Source: Octopus vulgaris (Eukaryota). Taken from it: a stretch of DNA of 64,000 nt. Shown here one piece after another: positions 1-12,230 of this stretch (position 1 is the first letter of the stretch; each line of letters starts with the position of its first letter). The stretch is from contig OX597824.1 in NCBI GenBank assembly GCA_951406725.2, positions 35,216,001 to 35,280,000 of the forward strand. The letters are read 5' to 3'. The position numbers and the translations under genes are program-made. The notes beneath the pieces were generated by a model. That model was not told the origin of the DNA. It ran no database searches and saw nothing but the letters and a program-made list of their open reading frames with translations.

Positions 1-83
1 TACTTTCTACCTTCCTCGGAAATTGAAATCCGTATTAAATCTTTGAGGATTAGATTTTGAAATGGAGAATTCTAACAATTAGT

Positions 84-87
<4 letters not shown>

Positions 88-142
<55 letters not shown>
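88..142. repeat. (TA)n microsatellite, one of dozens of (TA)n, (CA)n, (TACA)n, (GA)n and (ATT)n tracts
   Basis: Direct reading. Confidence 0.98.
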
Positions 143-144
<2 letters not shown>

Positions 145-194
145 AAATATTGAATTTCTAAATCTCTTGTAGAGACCTGTACGGTGGTGGGGCG

Positions 195-447
195 ATAGAA
201 TGGTTGTATACTGTCAATCTAACAAGAACGTGACAGTAGGGGGTACACCACCGTTGTATAGCCCTAGGAGGCATCGAACGCCTCCTGACAGCTTCGACAC
301 ATTTTTTCCCTGTGTCCTTATATACGGACACAGGGAAAAAATGTGTCGAAGCTGTCAGGAGGCGCTCGATGCCTCCTAGGGCTATACAACGGTGGTGTAC
401 CCCTACTGTCACGTTCTTGTTAGATTGACAGTATACAACCATTCTAT
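195..447. repeat. Near-perfect 253-bp palindrome (fold-back), essentially no spacer
   Basis: 195-321 is the reverse complement of 322-447 apart from about 2 mismatches and a 1-nt G-run indel; centre TATATA at 319-324. Confidence 0.95.
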
Positions 448-462
448 ATATATATATATATA

Positions 463-691
463 TTCTTTTACTCTTTTATTCTTTTACTTGTTTCAGTCAT
501 TTGACTGCGGTCATGCTGGAGCACCGCCTTTAATCGAGCAACTCGACCCCGGGACTTATTCTTTTGTAAGCCCAGTACTTATTCTATCGGTCTCTTTTGC
601 CGAACCACTAAGTAACGGGGACATAAACACACCAGCATCGGTTGTCAAGCAATGCTAGGGGGACAAACACAGACACACAAACACACACACA

Positions 692-757
<66 letters not shown>

Positions 758-920
758 TACGACGGGCTTCTTTCAGTTTCCGTCTACCAAATCCACTCAC
801 AAGGCTTTGGTCGGCCCGAGGCTATAGTAGAAGACACTTGCCCAAGATGCCACACAGTGGGACTGAACCCGGAACCATGTGGTTGGTAGACAAGCTACTT
901 ACCACACAGCCACTCCTGCG
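463..920 (-). mobile_element. tRNA-derived SINE family A, full length, with internal (TA)n/(TG)n tract
   Basis: Reverse complement of the head gcgcaggagtggctgtgtgg...ggttccgggttcagtccc (A/B-box-like), ttgggcaagt CORE-like segment, (taaaaga)n-type tail; high identity to other copies. Confidence 0.9.
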
Positions 921-1108
921 CGAGGATGATCCGGTTCTTGACTGAAGATTGAAGGCTTCGAATGTCCCGTCCGTGTTTTTTGTATCGTCTTCTAAATGTT
1001 TTGCGTTCTTGTCCCAGTTTGTATTTTTTTACATATAAATATATATATATAGCGGCGCCCGTACCCTTTTTGGTCTTGTATGTTAGTACATATTTTCTTT
1101 ATATATAT

Positions 1109-1145
<37 letters not shown>

Positions 1146-1166
1146 TTATGTAAGTATGTGTGTGTA

Positions 1167-1228
<62 letters not shown>

Positions 1229-1518
1229 TTAAAAATCCGAATTTGATTTCATAAACTGACAAGGCTTTTATACCTTTCACTATCCACTAACACCCCATTA
1301 CAACTATCTGTTTTTCGAATGTTCCCCGTCTTATGGTGCACCTGAGCACTGTATACAATAATTTCATTATTATGCCAGGAGCCTTTAGCTGATGATTCTC
1401 TCGACATGTATTATTCTGCACCAATTTTGGATTTGTCTTCAGATTTTGGAAAAGTTTCGTTGAAAAATAGCGATGCTTTTTAGGCATAGAAACGAAGATA
1501 TGACTGTGTGATAAGAAG

Positions 1519-1585
<67 letters not shown>

Positions 1586-1588
<3 letters not shown>

Positions 1589-1762
1589 TCTTATTTTTTT
1601 ACCTGTTTCAGTCATTTGACTGCGGCCATGCTGGAGCACAGCCTTTATTCTAAGTTACGGAGACGTAAACATACCAACTTTGGTGTCAAGCGATGGGGAG
1701 CAAACAAACACAAACACATGTATACATACATACATACATACATACATGTATACACACACACA

Positions 1763-1797
<35 letters not shown>

Positions 1798-1818
1798 CGG
1801 GCTTCTTTTAGTTTCCGT
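1586..1818 (-). mobile_element. Degenerate, internally deleted SINE family A fragment
   Basis: tttcagtcatttgactgcggccatgctggagcac and gacgggcttcttttagtttccgt match family A. Confidence 0.75.
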
Positions 1819-1879
1819 TATATATATAGTTTAGTGTATCAGGAATTAGTTCTGACCTCTCTCTGAAATGGCTGTGAAA

Positions 1880-2250
1880 AATGAACTTTCTACAGGCGCC
1901 ATATGAAATGGTAAGATTTATTTCACCTTTGCTGTCTTCGATCAGTTTATTACATAAAGTGGCAAGAGAAAGCCCTCGACACAGATATTCTTGCAAGATG
2001 TGGCACTCTAAGCAAAGAGGGTTTCCTTATGCAGACGATTGCGCTTTGATTACAGTTGAGGTGATTAGGCCACGTGGCTCGCATAGAAGATACTTGCTTT
2101 CCTAAAGCCAGCTTCTACGGTCAGCTTAGCTTCAGTGCCACTACCAAGGCCACCCATTGTTTCATTAAAAGAACACTCTAAAGACCTGCTTGAAAACCTA
2201 CAAGATAAATCTGAAGACATGGAAATTGGTAGCACTAAATAGAGCCCAGT
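1880..2250 (+). pseudogene. Rearranged RTE-clade LINE ORF2 remnant
   Basis: YADDCALI RT motif followed by LGHVARIEDTCFPKASFYGQL...KNTLKTCLK...WK, matching the RTE C-terminal GHV.RM...PK..FYG pattern; contains stops and frameshifts. Confidence 0.65.
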
Positions 2251-2939
2251 ATAAACGCTAGTGCAACCAAGCCATTTCCCAATTTGAGGCAGCCAGAATT
2301 AACAACCTGAGAGAGAAAAGAGCCCAGCGTAGAGCCTGGTTCAATGTACTCCCTGATGACGGTGACCAATACTGCAAGGTCTCCAACAGGGTCTGTATTC
2401 CTACATGAGACGACTCGGCAAAACATTAACTGAGAACACTGAGAGACTGTGTTCTGCTGAAACTTCATTTTGACAAAATGGGTGATCGTTAGTATAGAGA
2501 GACACACAAATAATAAAGAAGAAAGCAAAGGACCACTGATGAGGTCAAAGAAGTGTGACGAAAGAACTCTGGCCGAAATAAGATTAAGATTAATGTAAAA
2601 AATAAATAAAGCTGAAGCAAATTAACACCAAATATATAGTGCCTGTGTTTTTATTGGCTAAACTGGCAACATGACCATTCCTAAATACAACAATATCTGT
2701 TTCAACACACGATTTCCCATCAAGAATCTTGCAAAACAAATATATATATATATATTTAGACATATACAAATAAAACATAAATATATATACAAATGTATAT
2801 ATATGCATCAACACATATAAATATACGCACATAATATTTCTCCGCTTCAAATATAAAATTAAAAAACTAGAGAAAGAAAACAAAAAAAATATTATATTTG
2901 AAGCGGTGGAGTGTTATGTGCGTATATCTATGTGCGTGG

Positions 2940-2986
<47 letters not shown>

Positions 2987-3086
2987 AACACACACACTCA
3001 TATATATATACCTTTATATAGATATTTGTTTTATCTGTATTTATCTGTATATGTATGCAGCCATGTATCAATACGTGTATGTTCAA

Positions 3087-3123
<37 letters not shown>

Positions 3124-3145
3124 GCATATACACACACACACACAT

Positions 3146-3202
<57 letters not shown>

Positions 3203-3314
3203 CATATACATATACCTATATGTGCATACTTATGTACATACATACATAAATACATGCATACATACATCCATCCATCCATACACACACGAATGTGTCTGTA
3301 CGCGCGCGCGCGCG

Positions 3315-3354
<40 letters not shown>

Positions 3355-3452
3355 TACTACCGTATTTTTCGGCATTGAAGATGAAAAGAGATAAACAAAT
3401 GGCAGCACCTAACAAAATCAACTGGATTTTGATATTATCGATCAAGGAAGAA

Positions 3453-3857
3453 GGCGGCGAGCTGGCAGAAACGTTAGCATGCTGGGCAAAATGCTTAGCG
3501 GTATTTCGTCTGTTTTTACATTCTGAGTTCAAATTCCGCCGAGGTCCATTTTGCCTTTCATCCTTTCGGGGTCGATTAAATAAGTACCAGTTACGCACTG
3601 GAGTCGATATAATCGACTTAATCCGTTTGTCTGTCCTTGTTTATCCTCTCTGTATTTAACCCCTTGTGGGTAGTAAAGAAATAGATATTTCGTCTACCGC
3701 TACGTTCTGAGTTCAAATTCCGCCGAGGTCGACTTTGCATTTCATCCTTTCGGGGTCGATAAATTAAGTACCAGTTGTGTACTGGGGTCGACTTAATCGA
3801 CTGCCCAACCCCACCAAAAAAATTCCAGGCCTTGTGGTTAGAGTAGAAAAGATTATT
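3453..3857 (+). mobile_element. SINE family B tandem dimer (full unit plus 5'-truncated unit with alternative tail)
   Basis: Head ggcggcgagctggcagaaacgttagc, B-box-like gagttcaaattcc; second unit restarts at 3685; flanked by attatcgatcaagg / attattgatcaagg. Confidence 0.88.
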
Positions 3858-4506
3858 GATCAAGGGGGTTTATAATGGTTTAACGGCTACTTAAGTGAGT
3901 GTTTGTAAGATGAAAGTTCAGACCTCAAGTTCAGATGAGAATCCTGAGACCCAAATAGGCAGCTTTTGAATTGATTCAAAAGATAGCGGACCTTATTAGC
4001 TCCTTTCTAAATTTTTGTAACTCATATCCACTCTGAGATTGTTGTCTCTCGGAATGCCTCCACTAATCGTAAGAAAGCTTTTATGCGAAATCTAGAATAT
4101 AAATTTCTATAAAATTGTATAACTAAGCTCTATCATATATACTTATAAGGATATCAAATATTTCATCATTTTTCTTGAAACATATGGAGTTATCAGAGAA
4201 CAGGAGGGATTTCTTTGTCTGCATAATTATATTAATGTTGGGCTCGCTAACTAGTTTGATAGCATTTGTAAAGTCCAAAAGTTTCAGAAGAGTAGTCTTA
4301 GTGATCAAAGGACAAGACTTAGTACTGTCAAAGTGAGTGAACTTACACTGCTGTTTATCATGAATCTGATGAAATCATTCTGTTTCTATACTGAAATTAT
4401 AAAATCGAAGTACATTTTACTATTAACTTTGAGACTAATCAGCGTCTGTTATTTACTTGCCACCTGTTTCTGGTTCAGGCGTTTTGTGAGGTTAATTCAG
4501 CATCGT

Positions 4507-4853
4507 GGAACTCCGTCGGTTACGATGACAAGGGTTCCAGTTGATCCGATCAACGGGAACAGCTTGCTCGTGAAATTTATGTACAAGTGGCTGAGCACTC
4601 CACTGACACGTATACCTTTAACGTAGTTCTCAGGGATATTCAGCATGACACAGAATGTGACAAGGCTGGCCCTTTGAAATACAGGTACAGCAGAAACAGG
4701 AAGAAAGAGGGAAAGAAAGGTGTGGCAAAAGAGTACAGCTGGGTTCCCCACCACTTCTTGCCGGAACCTCGTAGAACTTCCCGGTCTGGGAATCGAAACC
4801 GCGATCCTACGACCGCAAGTTCGCTGCCCTAACCACTGGGCCATTGCACCTCC
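4507..4853 (-). mobile_element. tRNA-derived SINE family C
   Basis: Reverse complement of ggagg(c/t)gcaatggcccagtggttagggcagcg...ggtttcgattccc; matches copies at 29815 and 54064; TSD-like taattcag(c/t)at. Confidence 0.88.
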
Positions 4854-5146
4854 TAATTCAGTATACATTTAAGATAAATAGTGAAGTTTAATTTGTGGTC
4901 CTTAAGCATTATATGTGGTGCTCAGTGGAGTGCCTAGGTATTCAACTCGCTTGTAGTTTAAGTTTAGTGGTAATCTCCTTAAATTCTGTATTGATAAACA
5001 CACACACGCATGCACCACACACACACAAGCGTGGGCGCGCGCACACACACACACACATAATTATTACCTCTCTCTCTCTAGCTTTCCAAATAGTAAATGT
5101 CTGCATCTATATATATAAACATATGCATATTTGCATGTGTGTGTGT

Positions 5147-5209
<63 letters not shown>

Positions 5210-5273
5210 CGCGGGCGCGCGAGTATTTATCATAATGTATTTCATGTCGTATGGTTATATCTGAAAGCGTGTA

Positions 5274-5504
5274 GGCGGCGAGCTGGGAGAAACGTTAGCG
5301 CGCCGGGCGAAATGCTTAGCGGTATTTCGTCTGTCGCTACGTTCTGAGTTCAAATTCCGCCGAGGTCGACTTTGCCTCTCATCCTTTCGGGGTCGATAAA
5401 TTAAGTACCAGTTACGCACTGGGATCGATGTAATCGACTTAATCCCTTTGTCTGTCCTTGTTTGTCCCCTCTATGTTTAGCCCCTTGTGGGTAGTAAAGA
5501 AATA
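5274..5504 (+). mobile_element. SINE family B monomer with perfect 18-bp TSD
   Basis: TSD tatatctgaaagcgtgta at 5256-5273 and 5505-5522. Confidence 0.95.
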
Positions 5505-6012
5505 TATATCTGAAAGCGTGTATTTTTGTGCGTTGTACCCTATTAGTGTTCGAACCACTTTTGTGATGTCTCTTTTAAAAAGTACGGGATTTTGTGCGTG
5601 GTTCTGAGGCCCCCATCATAGTTTGGGTGGTCATACTTTATTGGTTGGTAGTTCAGGGTTTCAAAGAAATTTTGTTGTTAGTGATTTCAGGACATTTCTA
5701 TTTGTCATGCTAAATCGTCTCCTGTATTATTGTACTGGAAATGTCATGTAGAATTAAGATAAACGGATATTTTGAGAATACCTGTCAGATGAAGTGCACC
5801 TGTAGCCTTGTTACACAGAGTCACGTCTGATATATATATATATAAGTGGTTTGTGTTAACGATGGAGTTGTCGATAGAATTGTTTGCCATTTTTACTATA
5901 ATCGAGGAAATCTTTCGTTGATCAAACGACCTCAATATTCTTTACTAAAACAAATCCTTTATTCATATATTTTATAAATATATTTGTCTGTGAGTATGCA
6001 TAATATTATTTA

Positions 6013-6330
6013 CTAGCTGACCCTATGCCGTCAAAAATGACGGCTAATTGTAGTATTCTATATATCAGTAAAGTACAAAATAATCACAGATGCAAACATT
6101 CACATACTTCCCTTGTACCGGCACATATATACACACATATACTCACATAGAGTTGAAACGCTGTTTCATTTTTCTTTTCAGCGTTAAATGTTTACCATCC
6201 CACTTCCATTGCACACACACGACCCCCTTTTATATACACACACACATATACTCCGTAGGACTTCCATCATCCCACTACCAAGTTTGCCATCATCCCTTCT
6301 TTTCTCATTCATATGTTGTATTATAGCAGA
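6013..6330 (-). mobile_element. Putative non-autonomous Helitron (3' end clear, 5' end uncertain)
   Basis: Minus-strand CTAG|T terminus at 6013-6016 with hairpin gccgtca-aaaa-tgacggc (6027-6044) about 10 nt away. Confidence 0.55.
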
Positions 6331-6413
6331 CTTTAATTTTCAAGATGTTTCTTCTCGAGATGCGTCTGGGTTTGGACTGTTTTAATTCATAAATTTTAGA
6401 CCGTAAAAATATT

Positions 6414-6997
6414 CGTTCCTACTCTAGGCACAAGGCCCGTAAATTTGTGGGGTGGTGGGGTGCTAGTCGATTAGATCGACTCAGTACACAACAAGTACTT
6501 AATTTTTCGACCCCGAAAGGATGAAAGGCAAAGTCGACCTTGGCGGAATTTGCACTCAGAACGTAACAACAGAAAAAAACCCTATTTCTTTACTACCCAC
6601 AAGGGGCTAAATACAGAGAGGACAAACAAGGACAAACAAACGGATTAAGTCGATTATATCAACCCCAGTGCGTAACTGGTACTTATTTAATCGACCCCGA
6701 AAGGATGAAATGCAAAGTCGACCTCGGCGGAATTTGAACTCAGAACGTAACGGCAGACGAAATACCTATTTCTTTACTACCCACAAGGGGCTAAACACAG
6801 AGAGGACAAACAAGGACAAACAAACGGATTAAGTCGATTATATCGACCCCAGTGCGTAACTAGTACTTAATTTATCGACCCTGAAAGGATGAAAGGCAAA
6901 GTCGACCTCGGCGGAATTTGAACTCAGAACGTAACGGCAGACGAAATGCGGCTACGCACTTCGCCCGGCGTGCTAACGTTTCTGCCAGCTCGCCGCC
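6414..6997 (-). mobile_element. SINE family B tandem trimer within one TSD
   Basis: Three units, junctions at about 6765/6766 and 6581/6582; TSD agaccgtaaaaatatt (6398-6413) / agactgtaaaaatatt (7000-7015). Confidence 0.92.
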
Positions 6998-7652
6998 TCA
7001 GACTGTAAAAATATTAGCTTGCTTATAGTTCAGCTGTTTTACTGTTACGATCAGGTCGTTCACATCGATTATTTTCATTGTTGCTGTTTATTTTGAGTGT
7101 GGCACATCTGAGATTTAGTATGATGAATTATTTTTGTTACTATCCATAATGTGTGAAATAGGATCGAGCTGATAAAATAAGTACCAGTTAAGCAATGGGG
7201 TCGATGTATTCGACTTACCCCATGCCTCGAAATTACTGATCTTGTATCAAAAATTTGAAACAATTATTAAAGCTGAAAGTTTTCAAAGGAAGATAATGGC
7301 AGACCTCCTTGTATTCTGCGTCACGATTTGAACTGGCGGGCAACGCAGTTGGTTCTCTGTAACAGCATGCTCTGATGTATAACACACACACACACAAGTA
7401 ATAATTTTACACTCGGTACACACCTTGAAGTGTGCCGGTGAGGTACCGTTGCACGATGGGTCGAAACGATCGGTGTCTCATGAATTTCGTTTTCTTTCTT
7501 TCGCGCTCATATATATATATATATATATATATAAATCAAGGGTAGGACAGAAATAACACAACAAGCAACATACGGAAAAATAGACGATAACGTGGCAAAT
7601 GGGAAACTAGACAGAAACAAAATACACGGACCATTCACAGCTGATTTCCTAA

Positions 7653-7716
7653 TCAGTGTCAGGAAAGTCATAGCAGTTTCGTGCGTGCGAAACTGCTATG
7701 ACTTTCCTAACACTGA
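7653..7716. repeat. Inverted repeat, 29-bp arms, 6-nt loop
   Basis: tcagtgtcaggaaagtcatagcagtttcg-tgcgtg-cgaaactgctatgactttcctaacactga, 1 mismatch. Confidence 0.93.
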
Positions 7717-8269
7717 CTAAGTGCTATTAGCCGCTCTTGTTCGTCACTGGTAACATGTAACCCAGTACAACCTGTTACATGGTCAGGTCATCGGCGACTA
7801 GACTGGCAACCCCACCAAGCTTGCTTGATGAGAAAGGTGATTGTTGGACATCCTACGAGACGAAAAGTAAAACTTGTCAAAAGGGTGGAGGATCTTATGA
7901 GCAGTCAACGGTCATCTAATTATATATGTATATACGGTTTATTTCTTGATTTTGTTTTTTGTTTATATAAATTTGATGTGTTTAATTCCATATATAAGGA
8001 GGCAGATGGGTCTCCTTAACCGTGGTGATGACATCTCATCCAGGAGAGGAAAACTCTGATATAAAACCAGGTCTTTGGTTGCTGAGGGTCTCCTTAACAG
8101 AGATGTACTATCAGTAAACTCTGACTCATAGGGTAGACTAGGCTCTTCAGCTTAATTATAGCGGCTTGTCTAGGAGATGGAAACCTCTGAAGAAAAAGCC
8201 TGAGGTGTGTTGTTCTTGGTATTGTGGCATATATGTGCACTATATTCTTGCTATCATCACTTCCAAATC

Positions 8270-9480
8270 TACCAGTTTGGTGGGCAGACGCTTTTTAAGA
8301 ATCTGCATGACCTCTTCATAAACATTTGGATGGCAGGCCGTTTATCACAGGACTTCAAGAATGCCTCAATTCAACATCTTTATAAGAACAAACTGAGATA
8401 ATCATTGTGAAATATCGCTTCTACCTATAGCTGGTGAGATTCTTGCTCGATTCATTCTTGACAGCATCATGAAACGCGTAAATGTTATTTATCCAGATTC
8501 ACAGTGCAGATTTCACTCTGGCCGTAGCACTATCGACATGATCTTTTCCCTTCGACAAGTCATGGAGAAGGTACGTGAGAAAAATCACGAGTTGTTCTTG
8601 ATATTCGTTGACCTTACTAAGGCCTTCGACACTATTAACCGGCAAGCACTAAGGAAAGTTCTGAGAAAGTTTGGTATACCTGGCAAGATGTTAAATGTTA
8701 TCATCTTTTATAAGGGAATGAAGGCTGCTGTCGTGTCCGATTGGGGAATCTTCGGCGTTACAAATGGCACAAAGCAAGGTTGAGTACTCTTCTTTTCAGT
8801 GATGCTGAGGTATGCTTTTGGTGACATACAAAGTGGTGTCAAATTCCAATTTTCGAACAGGTGGTAGACTATTCACTCATTAGCGATTTAAAGCCAGAAC
8901 ACTGCTACCTACCAGTATCATTCGGGATCTACCTTTTGCAGATGCTGCTGCACTAATAGCGACCTCTTTAGAGGAAGCTCAGGAACTTCAAGACCGGTTT
9001 TCTGATGCATGTAAAGCTTTTGGTTTGAACATCAGCATAAAGAAGATGGAAGTAATTCGCTAACCTTGCCCTACTCTTAAACAAATTCGAGGTGTCAAGC
9101 AGAGGCTAACGGTTCACAATTTTCATGACACTCCTATACAGGTTGATAGTGAAAGCCTAAATTATGTGAAGTCATTTACATATCCTGGTAATAAAGTGAA
9201 TTCGAGCGCTTCCCTTGATGATGAAATCATCAACCATCTTGCAAAGGCAACGAACGCATTTGGTAAACTCCGTAATCACCTATGGAATGAAAGGGGTATC
9301 AAACTTGACACCAAAGTACAAGTCTATAAAGTTGCCATTCTTACTACTCTCTAATATGGCTCAGAATCATCGTGGATACCCTATTAGATGACACATTAAC
9401 CGACTAGACATCTTCCACAAAAACTGTCTGAGAACAATCTGCGGTTATTCACTAAACGACAGAGTTTCTAATTCTTACTT
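8270..9480 (+). pseudogene. RTE/BovB-like LINE reverse transcriptase pseudogene
   Basis: DFKNASIQHLYK, SQCRFHSGRSTIDMIFSLRQVMEK, FVDLTKAFDTINR, GTKQG, FADAAAL, FGLNISIKK, FTYPG; many stops and frameshifts. Confidence 0.9.
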
Positions 9481-9809
9481 GTTTTTCTACTATTTTCTTT
9501 CTTTCTCCTCCTTCTCTTTCTCTAAATTGCATTTCACGTTAGATCTATTAACGTTTTTTTTTTCTTTAGAAAAATAACTTGCAAGCGTTCCCTTCATCAT
9601 ATACGCAGTCATCACATTCCGTTAAAATAGCTTATTGATGTGTTTTGTTTCTTTTTTTCCCTGATGAGAAGATCGCATTGTTTTACATAATTTTATTCCC
9701 CCTGGAATAATACCAATGTTTTCTTCGAAACATATGTCGGAAGTATAAAGAATTGAATAACACCTGCGTTTAACTCCATTTCTTTATTTATCTATATACA
9801 CACATGTAC

Positions 9810-9893
<84 letters not shown>

Positions 9894-10038
9894 AATAATT
9901 GACATTACAATTGTTTTCATAAATCGATCCTACATTATGTGCTAATGAGGTGACAACGAAGATTATAATTATCCTCTCAATTTATCTATCTATCTACCTT
10001 AACCTTCTTTTTCTCCCTCTCTGTACACACACACATAC

Positions 10039-10088
<50 letters not shown>

Positions 10089-10384
10089 TGCACACACACT
10101 TTAACGTACTGAAGTATCACGCTGAAGCTTCTACGCAATCGCTCGACCTGCTACAAACCAAATCCCCGTCTCAATTCACTCACTATCCTCTTAAATAATG
10201 TACTACTCTTACATTCTTCCAAAACACTTAGTTCTGCTTCACCTTCCGATGTCTACTTTACTTACCATGTTTTCCGATATCGATAAACTTATGCACCAGC
10301 CAAGTACAGGAGGCAAATATAAACTCTTTTCCTCTGTGTAGATGTTTTTGAAATCACTATTTCATATTAGTGAGAACACCGAAC

Positions 10385-10617
10385 GGCGGCGAGCTGGCAG
10401 AATCGTTAGCACGCCGGACGAAATGCGTAGGCGTATTTCGTCTACCGTTACGTTCCAAGTTCAAATTCCGCCGAGGTCGACTTTGCCTTTCATCCTTTCG
10501 GGGTCGATAAATTAAGTACCAGTTACGCACTGGGGTCGATGTAATCGACTTAATCCGTGTGTCTGTCCTTGTTTGTCCTCTCTCTGTTTAGCCCCTTGTG
10601 GGTAGTAAAGAAATAGA
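10385..10617 (+). mobile_element. SINE family B monomer
   Basis: High identity to 5274-5504. Confidence 0.92.
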
Positions 10618-11224
10618 TACTTTTTGGATTAAAGGCCTTTGAGTCATTAAAATTTGCCCATCTACGTTTAAAGTTAAAATTTGCCCTCTACGTTTAAAGT
10701 TTAAATCACATGTTCATTTTCCTTGTTTAGGAAGACTCTACAAAGTACTAGTAATAGTCTGAGATTATCTCATTCGACAGCACCACTCTTAACCAATAAA
10801 GGTCCTCAGGTAATTACTTTCCTAGTAAAACTTCTAATTTGATATATTAACGAATAATAAGATTATTGTAATTCTGAGCTGACTCCATTACTCTTTTATC
10901 TGTTACAAACAGCTGGTTGTGGCCATGTTGGGGTACTGCCGTGCGTTTTCCCCGTGAATCAATTCATTTCATTCCACTCAACGAAGGAGTTTCTATGCGG
11001 TCAGTTGACTTGCTAGAAATGTCACCCAAAGCCTTTTCAAATCTCTCTATAAAGTACACAGGTAAAATATACTCCTTGATACACTACATCGGCAAAAGAA
11101 AAGATGGCGACAACTGGAAAGTCTTTGGTCAGAGGCCGGTTCGATGAAGCTTGACCTGAGAATAAGCGAGAATAAATTCATGCGAAAATGCAATTGAGGT
11201 AAATGTTTTTTTTTAATGTGGATA

Positions 11225-11384
11225 GGCGTAAGTATGGCTGCGTGGTAAGAAGTTTGCTTCCCAAGCACATGGTTCAGGGTTCATTCGCACTGCGTGGCAC
11301 CTTGGGCAATTATCTTCATCTATAGCCTGGGGCCGACCAAAACCTTGTGAGTGGATCTGGTAGACGGAAACTGAGAGTAGCCCG

Positions 11385-11430
<46 letters not shown>

Positions 11431-11688
11431 GTGTGTGTATGTAAATGTATACATATCTATGTGTGTGTGTGCGTCATTGTACCTGTGTTTGTCCTCCACC
11501 ACAACTTGACAACCTGGGTTGCTGTGTTTATGTCCCCGTAACTTAGAGGTTCGACAAAAGATACTGATAGAATAAGTACTAGGCTTTTAAAAAAAGTCCT
11601 GGGGTCGATTCATTCGACTAAAATACTTCAGGACGGTACCTCAACATGGCCGCATTCAAAACGACTGAAATAAGTAAAAGATAAAAGA
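11225..11688 (+). mobile_element. SINE family A, diverged copy
   Basis: Head, ccttgggcaa segment, internal (TA)n and 3' part all recognisable. Confidence 0.85.
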
Positions 11689-12006
11689 TGGTCATCCGAA
11701 TGATTCTGTTTTATTTATTACAGAATTATCACCTTCGAAAGATTATGTTCATTTGCACATTCTCCACAAAAATATTTCGTTTCAACACTATATATGTGTA
11801 AAGGATAGTGTGGAAATTGAACTCGTATCAATGGTCACCGGAAAACACGGAAGTTGTAACCGGTTGTTTTTTATTGTCTCTAAAATAATGACTTCAATGA
11901 ACTTTATCAGTTTTATGAAGAGGTCTGAAGGTAGATAGTTCCTGTTCTATTAGCAAGTAAGTGAAAGGGACAGCAAAATCAATTTGTAATATAATAAATC
12001 ATATTA

Positions 12007-12230
12007 GGGCGGCGAGCTGGGAGAATCGGCAGCACGTCGGGTAAAATGTTTAGCGGCATTTTGTCCGTCTTCACGTTCCGAGTTCAAATTCCACCTAGGT
12101 CGACTTTGCCTTTCATTTTCTTTTTTTCGGGGTTGATCATATAAATACCAGCTGAGCACTGGGATTGATGTAATCGATTGAGCTCTTTCCCCGAAATTAC
12201 TGGCCTTGTGTCAAAATTTGAAATCAATAT
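12007..12230 (+). mobile_element. SINE family B, diverged, with tail ggccttgtgtcaaaatttgaaa
   Basis: Head and gtcgactttgcctttcat core recognisable; the same tail recurs at about 7170-7265. Confidence 0.8.

Noticed and set aside
642-945. Recurring peptides such as [13 protein letters not shown] and CHAVGLNPEPCGW
   Set aside because: Translations of the non-coding family A SINE; frames are not conserved among copies.
942-967. Hammerhead at CUGAAGA...CUUCGAAUGUC
   Set aside because: GAAA is broken, loop II is 1 nt and stem I does not pair.
2898-3659. Long ORFs rich in YI, HT, CV or MYVC (also 13477-14493, 19927-20458, 35412-35695, 46681-47325, 56786-57276)
   Set aside because: Stop-free translations of microsatellites, not proteins.
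6414-6997. CRISPR-like regular repeats
   Set aside because: Units are 184-bp SINE copies without unique spacers; eukaryotic context, no cas genes.
7740-8200. HDV-like ribozyme in a possible RTE 5' UTR
   Set aside because: Could not assign the nested double pseudoknot by eye; needs a descriptor search.
10648-10700. Short tandem duplication of about 27 bp (others at 52884-52923 and 53150-53194)
   Set aside because: Ordinary slippage duplications.
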